From: Eledone cirrhosa
Lineage: Eukaryota
DNA: 64,000 bases
NCBI GenBank assembly: GCA_964016885.1
Contig: OZ024754.1
Location: 41,416,001-41,480,000, forward strand
Direction of reading: 5' to 3'
In this document: in pieces, positions 24,079 through 35,255 of the stretch
Numbering within the stretch: position 1 is the stretch's first letter
How the letters are laid out: every line of letters begins with the position of its first letter
Program-made: the position numbers and the translations under genes
Notes under the pieces: model-generated
The model's input: the letters and a program-made list of their open reading frames with translations, nothing else
What the model was told of the DNA's origin: nothing
The model's database searches: none

Positions 24079-24215
24079 AGTTCCCGTATGAGCAAGACAA
24101 GGTCAGCCGACCGGACACTGCCCACAACAGGACTGCCCACAATAGGACAACCCGCCTAACCCATGCTAGTGTGGAAGAACAGACGTAAAAACGGTGATGA
24201 TGATGATGATGATGA
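24078..24215 (+). mobile_element. RTE-tailed SINE 3' fragment inserted in MITE M1
   Basis: cagttcccgtatgagcaagac...gacgtaaaacggtgatgatg, then the MITE body resumes (24216-24412, ending aaagggttaa). Confidence 0.88.
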
Positions 24216-24735
24216 TTACTCTACATTTACTATTGTATTTTCACAGTAAGGGTTTTATCTCACATAATATCGAGTCTATAGGATTTTGATGATGTTATTA
24301 TTTATTTTAAGAACGATATCTTAGCGTTAGTGTGACCGGTTACGGCTGATTTCAAAAAGGGAAAAGACTTCTGGCCAGATACAGCTGCTGCTTTAAATGC
24401 TAAAGGGTTAATGATCCAGCCACCATAGTACTTCTTCTCAGCCATGATAATAATCAAAGACAGATCATACGCCTGAAGAAGTTTCTTTTTTCACTCTCTG
24501 ACGATAGCTTATCTGACTTTAATAGAAAGTGTTCCTAGTCCAATGGATGGGAAGCCTTTGATGACAGGTGTGTGTGTGTGATCAGGATTGATCTGTGGCT
24601 AAGTAAATACAGAACCAACAAGAGAGTACCTAGGGTGGTGCAACCTGATAGAAGAGATAGCCCATGGCACGTGCCATGCTTGTCATGTCCTAGTTATATC
24701 TCTCCATATAACTACAACAACAACTAGTAACAGAA

Positions 24736-25326
24736 TTGTTTCTACGTTAGGCACCAGGCCACCAATTATCCCAGTGTATTACTGGTACTTTATTTTATCG
24801 ACCCCGTAAGGATGAAAGGCAAAGTTAACCTCGGTGGGATTTGAACTCAGACCATAAAGGACCGTAACTCTTTGCTGAAAAGCATGGTGTCCGACCCTCT
24901 ACCGATACTGCCAATCCACCGCCCCAGCATGGTGTCCGACCCTCTACCGATACTGCCAATCCACCGCCCCAGCATGGTGTCTGACCCTCTACTGATACTG
25001 CCAATACACCGCCCCAGCATGGTGTCCGACCCTCTACCGATACTGCCAATCCACCGCCCCAGCATGGTGTCTGACCCTCTACCGATACTGCCAATCCACC
25101 GCCCCAGCATGGTGTCCGACCCTCTACCGATACTGCCAATCCACCGCCCCAGCATGGTGTCTGACCCTCTACTGATACTGCCAATACACCGCCCCAGCAT
25201 GGTGTCCGACCCTCTACCGATACTGCCAATCCACCGCCCCAGCATGGTGTCTGACCCTCTACCGATACTGCCAATCCACCGCCCCAGCATGGTGTCCGAC
25301 CCTCTACCGATACTGCCAATCCACCG
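24736..25326 (-). mobile_element. Meta-domain SINE with its 45-bp head amplified ~10 times
   Basis: SINE body 24736-24880, then unit agcatggtgtccgaccctctaccgatactgccaatccaccgcccc. Confidence 0.93.
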
Positions 25327-25361
25327 GCCTCAACAACTAGTATTATAATAAAGATAATAAG

Positions 25362-25550
25362 GTTGGATTGGCAGTAATGGTAGAGGGTCGGACGCCATGC
25401 TTTGACGTATAGAGTTACAGCCCTTGCCATTCTGAGTTCAAATCCCGCCAAGGTTAACTTTGCCTTTCATCCTTACGGGGTCGATAAAATAAAGTACCAG
25501 TAATACACTGGGATAATTGCTGGCCTTGTGCCTAACGTAGAAACAATTAT
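25362..25550 (+). mobile_element. Meta-domain SINE
   Basis: Full-length match to the family. Confidence 0.92.
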
Positions 25551-25747
25551 AATAAAGATAATCCAATAAGTAACACCATAGCTGCACACGTCTGGTCAAA
25601 CTAAATCAATCTGACCTAAACATGTGTGTATATAACAAAGAAATATAATTTATGGTCTGTTATTGTTTAGTAAGAAGACTACACTTTATACAAGTGAATT
25701 GTGATGGCATATAAATGAAATATTAATCCATTATTATCTACAAGAAG

Positions 25748-26336
25748 GGCGGTGGATTGGCAGTATCGGTGGAGGGTCGGACGCCATGATTTGACGCATA
25801 GTTACGGCCCTTGCCATTCTGAGTTCAAATCCCGCCGAGGTTAACTTTGCCTTTCATCCTTACGGGGTCGATAAAATAAAGTACCAGTAATGCACTGGGA
25901 TAATTGCTGGCCTTGTGCCAAAAGTAGAAACAATTATTATTTTAGGGGCCTTGATTGGCAGTATCGGTAGAGGGTCGGACGCCATGCTTTCCAGCATAGT
26001 TACGTCCCTTTACGATCTGAGTTCAAATCCCGCCGAGGTTGACTTTGCCTTTCATCCTTACGGGGTCGATAAAATAAAGTACCAGTAATGCACTGGGATA
26101 ATTGCTGGCCTTGTGCCAAAAGTAGAAACAATTATTATTTTAGGGGCCTTGATTGGCAGTATCGGTAGAGGGTCGGACGCCATGCTTTCCAGCATAGTTA
26201 CGTCCCTTTACGATCTGAGTTCAAATCCCGCCGAGGTTGACTTTGCCTTTCATCCTTACGGGGGTTGATAAAATAGAGTACTAGTAATGTACTAGGATAA
26301 TTGCTGGCCTTGTGCCTAAAGTAGAAACAATTATTA
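25748..26336 (+). mobile_element. Three tandem Meta-domain SINEs
   Basis: Copies at ~25748, ~25952 and ~26150; the last two share the linker attttaggggcctt, indicating tandem duplication. Confidence 0.92.
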
Positions 26337-26479
26337 ACCTGCAAGAAGACATCTAGAAGTTAGTAGCTTCATGGAATTTACAGAGTTTATAGCTAATCAC
26401 TGGTATGGTTGAGTAAACCCACTTAGTGCAGTTCTAACATTGGTTTAGCTAATTACAATGTGGTTGTTTAGCCATAGGT

Positions 26480-26597
26480 CAGTCCTCACTCAAGAGGCAG
26501 TTCTCACTCAAGAGGCAGTCCTCACTCAAGAGGCAGTCCTCACTCAAGAGGCAGTCCTCACTCAAGAGGCAGTCCTCACTCAAGAGGCAGTCCTCAT
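26480..26597. repeat. 18-bp minisatellite, ~6 copies
   Basis: Unit cagtcctcactcaagagg. Confidence 0.93.
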
Positions 26598-26817
26598 CAA
26601 ACAGCTATGACCATCATGTTTTTGGGGGGTTTTTTTGTTCATATTTTCCATATGCAGTATATCTGATACTACATTATCTAATGTGTCCTTCTATTCATAA
26701 GACTGTAAAGGGGTAATTCGTCAGAGTATTGGCTGCTATTTCTTCTATCAGGCTGAACAACCCTAGATACTTTCTCATAGGTTCTGTATTTACTGAGCTA
26801 CAGATTAACCCTGATTG

Positions 26818-27157
26818 TTATGATGGTAGTGGTGATGATAATGGTTGTGATGGTTAGCATAATGGTGGTGGTGATGGTGATAATGGTGATGGTGATGGTA
26901 GTGGTGATGGTGATGGTGATAGTGGTGCTGGTGGTGATGATAATGGTTGTGATGGTTAGCATAATGGTGGTGGTGATGGTGATGGTAGTGGTGATGGTAG
27001 TGGTGATGGTGGTGCTGGTGATGATAATAGTGGTGGTGGTGATGATGATGGTGATAATGGTGGTGTTATGATGGTAGTGGTGGTGTTGGTGATAGTGGTG
27101 GTCATGATGGTAATAGTGGTGGTGGTGTTGATGGTGGTGGTGGTGGTCATGGTGATA
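26818..27157. repeat. GGT/GAT low-complexity tract
   Basis: Direct inspection. Confidence 0.9.
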
Positions 27158-27345
27158 ATTGTTTCTACTTTTGGCACAAGGCCAGCAATTACCCCAGTGC
27201 ATTACTGGTACTTTTATTTTATCGACCCCGTAAGGATGAAAGGCAAAGTAAACCTCGGCGGGATTTGAACTCAGAATGGCAAGGGCCGTAACTCTATGCA
27301 TCACAGCATGGCATCCGACCCTCCACCTATACTGCCAATCCACCG
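27157..27345 (-). mobile_element. Meta-domain SINE
   Basis: Full-length reverse-complement match. Confidence 0.92.
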
Positions 27346-27587
27346 TGATAATGTTGTAGAGTCACCTGATCACATACAGTAACACAGACAACAAAACAAC
27401 ACCAGGAAGCCATGACAGTGTATTCAGTAAATATGTGTGGGTCTTTTATCAAAGTTTCCCCTCTTCTTTGTCTTTCAAGTCCTGCTGCTAACTCCACATC
27501 TGTCCAGCTCACCATAACAATAATCCTCTTGAAAAACTAACACTGATCATGTTTCTCTTCCTCCTTTACAACAAGCTTAGAAGTTAT

Positions 27588-28110
27588 GTAGGCGAGCAGC
27601 CATTGTGACATTTGTGGAGGGGAGCATTCATTGTGCCACTTGTGGCAATAGACATTGTAGGCGAGCAGCCATTGTTGCCATTTGTGGAGGGGAGCATTCA
27701 TTGTGCCATTTATGTCAAGGGATATTATGTAGGGGACCATCTATTGTGTCACTTGTGGCAACAGACAAATTATGTAGAGGCGCATTCATTGCGCCACTTG
27801 TGGCAATAGACATTGTAGGGGAGCATTCATTGTGCCATTTGTGTCAATAGGCATTGTGTAGGGGAGCATTCATTGTGCCATTTGTGGCAATAGACATTGT
27901 TGGGGAGCATTCATTGTGCCATTTGTGTCAATAGGCATTGTATAGGGGAGCATTCATTGTGCCATTTGTGGCAATAGACATTGTAGGGGAGCATTCATTG
28001 TGTTATTTGTGTCAATAGGCATAGGGGAGCATGCATTGTGCCGTTTTTGTCAATAGTTCTGTTTAGACATTCCATAGGGGAGCATTTATTGTGCCATTTA
28101 TGGCAACAGT
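27588..28110. repeat. Degenerate ~45-bp minisatellite
   Basis: ggggagcattcattgtgccatttgtg(g/t)caatag recurs about 10 times. Confidence 0.9.
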
Positions 28111-28654
28111 TCTGTTTCTATTCTGGCTTTTCAATTTTCTATTAAATTTTTATTTATTGTAAAAATGCAAAATAAAATGTCTAATAGGAAAGAAAGAGAG
28201 AAGGAAAGAGACCAAACTAAATTAACAGATTGGATGACCTCAGGCTGTATGTTCAGTCATCAGACTTGATGTCGTCATTAATTTAATGGTTGCCAATAAG
28301 AATATATGTATCTGACATATCTTTGTAGTTTCTACAAATATTGAAAACACACAACAGATGGAAAAACAACAACAACAACAACTACAACAAATATATTTGC
28401 AAACAACCAAATAACAGTAATGTTTTCATTAATCCATGTCTATATAGACTGACTTACTTATCTATCATAGTTCTATCATTACAGATTTACTTCTATATCT
28501 CATATTTCCAAGTAGGAAACTTCAGAATAGTAATAGAAAAAAACAATGATATGACTAAGTTGGCATTACAGCTATGGTTGTTATTGTGAGACAACAATAC
28601 TGTGTCAGATAGTATATATATATATATATACCCACCAACACCACCCTTTCTCTG

Positions 28655-28963
28655 TAAAGTTATGTTGGTACCACAACATCCAGTCCAAACTAAAGAGGTT
28701 GTGTAGGTGTCACGATAAAAAAGTACCCAGTCCATGCTGTAAAGTGGTCATGTAGGAGACACAGTATAAAGGCTCCCAGTCCACACTGTAAATATGGTTG
28801 GTGTTAGGAAGGACATCCAGCCGTAGAAAACCTTCCAGATACAGTCCTATACGAGCGAGACATGGTCACCCAATCAATCTTGCCTCAAGTGGGACAATTC
28901 CCGTCTAACCCATGCTAGCGTGGAAGATAGACGTTAAACGATGATGATGATGATGATGATGAT
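28655..28963 (+). mobile_element. RTE-tailed element 3' region
   Basis: Homologous to 21520-21921; (GAT)n tail. Confidence 0.87.
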
Positions 28964-29393
28964 ATATATATAGAATATGAAGTTTGAAAGCCACAACAAT
29001 GTGGATTGGATGGAAAATAATTAAATTGTAAGAAACGGGGGTGTTTTTTTTACCTTAATTTATTCAGATGTCCTGATATTTTGAGATTAATATCTCTTCT
29101 TTTGAGGAAAATAAAGGAACTATTCCAGTGTCCGATGCGGCTTGCTGGCCAAGGGGTTAATCTTTAAATTTGGAGAAGGTTAACTCCAAAAAGGTTTTTT
29201 TTTTTAATAATATTTCATTGTTTTATAAGTTTACCATCTGAGGAGCTCAGGTTGTCATAACTGATAATCCTCATTGGGATATACAGATTCTAGTGAACCA
29301 AAACCAAATAAATATGGCCTCAAATTTGTATTGATATATATTTATATATATTGATGAAGCAGGTGTTATGAATGTGCTAGAAGCTGGTGGCTA

Positions 29394-29500
<107 letters not shown>

Positions 29501-29844
29501 AAGATTTCAAATCAAAAGATCAAAATGTAGACAGTGGCACCTCAAAGATGAGATGATGCAGAACAGATGCATTGGTGTATGACTGATAGAACTGGTGGGG
29601 GTGGGGGTGGGGGTGAGGTGGACGGAGGTGGGGGTGGGGGGTGAGGAAGGTGTGGGTGGGGGTGAGGAAGACAGTTGTAGTGGTGGTGGTGGTGATGGTG
29701 GTGGTGAGTAAGATGGTGGTGGTAATGGTGATGGTAGTGGTGGTGGGGAGGATGGCGGTGGTGAGGAGGAGGATGGTGGTGGTAATGGTGGTGGTGGTCG
29801 TGAGGGGGATGGTAATGGTGGTGGTTGTAGTAAACCCACAGTAG

Positions 29845-30762
29845 CAGTAGTGGTAGTAGTACTAGTACACACCACGGATATAGTAGTGGTATTAGTACAT
29901 ACCACATTAGCAGTGGTAGTGGTATTAGTACACACCACAGTAGCAGTGGTAGTAGTACTAGTACACACCACAGTAGCAGTGGTAGTAGTACTAGTACACA
30001 CCACAGTAGCAGTGGTAGTAGTACTAGTACACACCACAGTAGCAGTGGTAGTAGTACTAGTACACACCACAGTAGCAGTGGTAGTAGTACTAGTACACAC
30101 CACAGTAGCAGTGGTAGTAGTACTAGTACACACCACAGTAGCAGTGGTAGTAGTACTAGTACACACCACAGTAGCAGTGGTAGTAGTACTAGTACACACC
30201 ACAGTAGCAGTGGTAGTAGTACTAGTACACACCACAGTAGCAGTGGTAGTAGTACTAGTACACACCACAGTAGCAGTGGTAGTAGTACTAGTACACACCA
30301 CAGTAGCAGTGGTAGTAGTACTAGTACACACCACAGTAGCAGTGGTAGTAGTACTAGTACACACCACAGTAGCAGTGGTAGTAGTACTAGTACACACCAC
30401 AGTAGCAGTGGTAGTAGTACTAGTACACACCACACTAGCAGTGGTAGTAGTACTAGTACACACCACAGTAGCAGTGGTAGTAGTACTAGTACGCACCACA
30501 TTAGCAGTGGTAGTAGTACTAGTACGCACCACAGTAGCAGTGGTAGTAGTACTAGTACACACCACAGTAGCAGTGGTAGTAGTACTAGTATACACCACAG
30601 TAGCAGTGGTAGTAGTACTAGTACACACCACATTAGCAGCAATGGTATTAGTACACACCACAGTAGCAGTGGTAGTAGTACTAGTACACACCACAGTAGC
30701 AGTGGTAGTAGTACTAGTACACACCACAGTAGCAGTGGTAGTAGTACTAGTACACACCACAA
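29845..30762. repeat. 33-bp minisatellite, ~27 copies
   Basis: Unit cacagtagcagtggtagtagtactagtacacac, with the internal palindrome gtactagtac. Confidence 0.97.
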
Positions 30763-32189
30763 TTAGTAGCACAATACTATTGTTGACTACTCTACATTAG
30801 AATCAATAGATGAAGAAGCAATAAGTGAGGCAATTGGTTAAATGATGGTTTAAGTGATTCCTTGAAAACTCCATTGAAATAAAATGGTGAATATTTCTGA
30901 AAGACAATTATAATGTTTCCTCAATTCTAATAAGAACAATCTCTATTCGTGAATCTATTTCACACCATTATATGAACTAAATTCACAATCATGCTGTTCA
31001 GATTATTCCTCAATAACATCAACTAAGAAGTGGTCGGTCTTGTCGGAGATAAGGCAAAAACAAATTCACATCAAAGTATTTAAGCTGTAGTAATCTCTAT
31101 GGAGAATTTGAAATCCAAAAGTTGAAAGAGACACGAGTTAGTTTGATATCTTGAAGAAAGTTACATTGTTAATAGGTTAAATACTTCGTTAGATTACACG
31201 GAGAATCACATTGACTATTTAAATTAAAGCAAATATCTATTCATTTGTCTCTCTTCTAATAAATCAATAAAGAATTGAGACAGACATTCTTGTTAATCAT
31301 CATCTCCATCATTATCTTCATCGTCATCTTCGTTACTGTTTTGTGTCTATAGCATGAGTTGATGGTTATGTTCTGATGCGAGACAGACAGGTCAGATGAC
31401 TGTGTCTAGTTCATATGTTCCAGTTTGGCTTAGTTTCCACAACTGAATACCATTCCTAATACCAACCACTTCACAGTATATACAGGGTTCGCTTTCTTGT
31501 GACACCACCAATACTATCTGAAAAGGTAGACTCGGTACTTTTCTTTATGGTACCAGCACTATAACTTTACCATAAGAGCTCAGTGTATTCTTGTTAATAT
31601 AGGTTGGAAAATTCTACAAACTTATTTGCCAATAAATTGGTCCACCAATGGTTGGGTTTGGAAACTATGTAGAGTATTCAACAGTAGTATTGTTGCTACT
31701 AATTTTGGCTTAATAGTCAGCTACAGTATTCTATAAATTATGTTTCATAGAATTGCAGAAGTCTGCTAACTTAACAAGATTCTGGGAAATGGAAACTTTC
31801 TTTCAGAGAAATACCCAAAGTAAGAAATATGGAAAAGTCATTTAAAATACAGTTTATTATGTAATTAAGCCAATCAAATTTAATTGTTATTGATTATTTA
31901 TTTTCTTCTAAGAATTCAAATATTTACATACATTGAAGTATATTTTGATATTGGTAAATTGCAGGTTTTCCCCATTTATTTCTGTCTGTGAGATAATTAT
32001 TTAAAACTAATGGACCAGTGCCATGAATAATAACAGCAATAACATTGAATATATTTAATTTTTGGAGTTCAGAATTGGTATGTCATATATACCAGGATTA
32101 AAGAGAAGCCCTACAATGTATTTATATTAATTATTGACCCAATATGCACCCCACCCCACACCCTCGTCTCCATCCTCTCACTACTGCCC

Positions 32190-32655
32190 AATGTAAAGTG
32201 GTCGTGTAGGTGGCACGACAAAAAGCACCAGTCCACACTGTAAAGTGGTCATGTAGGTGACACGACAAAAAGCACCAGTCCACACTGTAAAGTGGTCATG
32301 TAGGTGACACGACAAAAAGCACCAGTCCACACTGTAAAGTGGTCGTGTAGGTGACACGACAAAAAGCACCAGTCCACACTGTAAAGTGGTCGTGTAGGTG
32401 ACACGACAAAAAGCACCAGTCCACACTGTAAAGTGGTCATGTAGGAAACACGGTAAAAGACTCCCAGTCCACACTGTAAATGTGGTTGGTGTTAGGAAGG
32501 GCATCCAGCCGTAGAAAACCTGCCAGAAACAGTTCTGTATGAGTGAGACACGGTCACCCCACCAATCTTGTCTCGAGTGGGACAAACCCATCCAACCCAT
32601 GCTAGAATGGAAGATGGATGTTAAACGATGATGATGATGGTGGTGATGATGATGG
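32190..32655 (+). mobile_element. RTE-tailed element 3' region with ~50-bp internal tandem amplification
   Basis: gtaaagtggtc(a/g)tgtaggtgacacgacaaaaagcaccagtccacact repeated about 5 times, then the standard tail. Confidence 0.9.
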
Positions 32656-32819
32656 TGGACACAAGGAAATGACTGAAGATAAGAATGTTATTTCAATAAT
32701 TTACATTTGTATAAATATTCAGTATATATATATAGGTGTGTGTGTGTGGGGGGGGGGGTATGCCTATATATGTCTGTCTGTATGTCTGTGTCAATTTTAA
32801 AGATTAACAGACAAAGATG

Positions 32820-32894
<75 letters not shown>

Positions 32895-32931
32895 GTATGT
32901 ATGTATATATATATATATTTCTTTTTCTTTT

Positions 32932-33100
32932 CTTGGACACACTAGAAGGGGAAGACCAAGGTTAACATATGTTGATGCCCTAAGGACAGACACTGGTCTG
33001 TTGGAGATGCAGGATATGGCAGCGATAATGAGGGACAGAGACCGCTGGAGAGAACTCGTCCATGGATCTCAGGAATTTTACCCGCCTTAGATAGATAGAT
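32932..33100 (+). mobile_element. RTE-superfamily LINE 3' fragment, third family, (TAGA)n tail
   Basis: [21 protein letters not shown]...[11 protein letters not shown]. Confidence 0.78.
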
Positions 33101-33394
33101 ATATATATATGTCACTCGTTCAGCGCATCGGTAGGGGTTCTGCTACATGGATATAAAGTAGTGGCCATACCCGAAAACGAGTTGGCAGCCACCATATGTA
33201 TATATATACATAATGTGTGTGTGTGTGTGTGTATATATAAACACACACATATGACATTATTACAGTTGTTTCAGTCAAATCAGATTGTGTGAAAGATGTA
33301 TCTGCAGGAATCTACAGTAAGAGAACATCCTGAAGTGGTAGGGAGGGGCATAACAGGATTGGGGGGAACATTGGTGGGTTACATTAACAACAAT

Positions 33395-33578
33395 ATTGGC
33401 AGAATCGGTAGAGGGTTGGACGCCGTGCTTTCCAGCATAGAGTTACGGCCCTGTACGGACTGAGTTCAAATCCCGCCGAGGTTGACTTTGCCTTTCATCC
33501 TTACGGAGTTGATAAAATAAAGTACCAGTAATGCACTGGGATAATTGCTGGCCTTGTGCCTAAAGTAGAAACAATTAC
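33395..33578 (+). mobile_element. Meta-domain SINE
   Basis: Family match. Confidence 0.9.
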
Positions 33579-33624
33579 TAGTGTTACACATGGGAATGAT
33601 GAAGGATCAAACGAGGTCCAATAT

Positions 33625-33842
33625 TGGTTTCTGATTTAGGCACAAGGCCTACAATTTCAGAGAAAGGAGAAATCAATTCAATCGACCCCAGTGTATTACT
33701 GGTACTTTATTTTATCAACCCCGTAAGGATGAAAGGCAAAGTTAACCTCGAGGAGATTTGAACTCAGAACGTAAAGGGCCATAACTCTATGCTATAAAGC
33801 AAGTTGTCTGACGCTCCACTGATTACTGCCAGTCCACCACCT
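33625..33842 (-). mobile_element. Meta-domain SINE (long-tail subfamily), tail-to-tail with the previous copy
   Basis: Reverse-complement family match. Confidence 0.88.
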
Positions 33843-33902
33843 TGAGATCTAATATTGAAGTTGAGACAATAAATCATTGAAAGAAATGGTATCAAAATAT
33901 AT

Positions 33903-34277
33903 CAATTAACAGGTATGATAGGTAAATATAAGTAACAGGTATGACGGGTAAATATATCAATTAACAGGTATGACAGGTAAATATATCAATTAACAGGTAT
34001 GACGGGTAAATATAATAAGTAACAGGTATGACGGGTAAATATAATAAGTAACAGGTATAACAGGTAAATATAACAAATAACAGGAATAACAGATAAATAT
34101 AATAATTAACAGGAATAACAGGTAAATATAATAAGTAACAGGTATAACAGGTAAATATAATAAGTAACAGGTATAACAGGTAAATATAATAAGTAACAGG
34201 TATAACAGGTAAATATAATAATTAACAGGAATAACAGATAAATATAATAATTAACAGGAATAACAGGTAAATATAAC
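33903..34277. repeat. ~28-30 bp AT-rich minisatellite
   Basis: taacaggtataacaggtaaatataataag units. Confidence 0.92.
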
Positions 34278-34457
34278 AACAGTGGAATATTGGTATTTTA
34301 TCAGGTAAGTATCAATATTTACAGTAGAATATTGATAAATATATATATAATGTATATATATATGTATATATATATATATAATATATATATACACATATAT
34401 ATTCATATAAATACACACACACTCATATATACATATATCTATATGAAAATCAAAGTT

Positions 34458-34527
<70 letters not shown>

Positions 34528-35255
34528 GACATATATATATATATATATTAGGTTTCTTGTAGATGTAGTTCTAACTATTTTAAGACGTTGATGAATTAGT
34601 AGAAAATACAAATTAAATAAAACAATATTACAGGAAACTAACAAACATTTTTTTAAAAAGCCAAAACAAACTCTGATGGCTTCAACAAAAGAGAAAGAAA
34701 GAATTTTTACTCAACACGCAATCCAATTTAGGTAGAAAAACAGATCACGCTGCAAGATAGAAGAAAGAAAAGAAGCGTGCAAAATGTTACTGTCTTAAGA
34801 CAAGAATTCTTATTTTCTTTAATCTTTCGGTGAGTTTTTTCTCGTTATCTCCTATTTTAAAATTTATTGTTCGTGTCAAAGCAAGTAAAAATAGTATCGG
34901 TATTTGTGAGGCAGAGTGACAATATGGAAGAGAAAACTCCGTAGGAAAGGTTCACAACTGTCTTAAAGTCTTCAGATGTAGAGGAGGAGGAGGAGAGAAA
35001 AGAAAAAAAAAGAAGAAATTCTGGAGAGAAAGGTAAGTAAAAGAAAAATAATTTAAAAAAAAATAAAAAAAAAACATACCCTTGCTTGTTATTTATGTCC
35101 CACCCACCCCCTTCACTGAGAAGAAATTTGGTGTGTCTGCATGTGTGTGTGTGTGTGTATAATATATATATATCTACATACATGTATGCATGTATAAATA
35201 TGTATATATAAACATGAATAAATCCATGTGTGTGTGTATATACACACGCACACAT

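Noticed and set aside
27327-27515. 62-aa minus-strand ORF
   Set aside because: No recognisable motif and weak splice support.
29507-30800. Mucin-like Thr-rich ORF
   Set aside because: A 33-bp minisatellite open in several frames on both strands; no splice or signal evidence.
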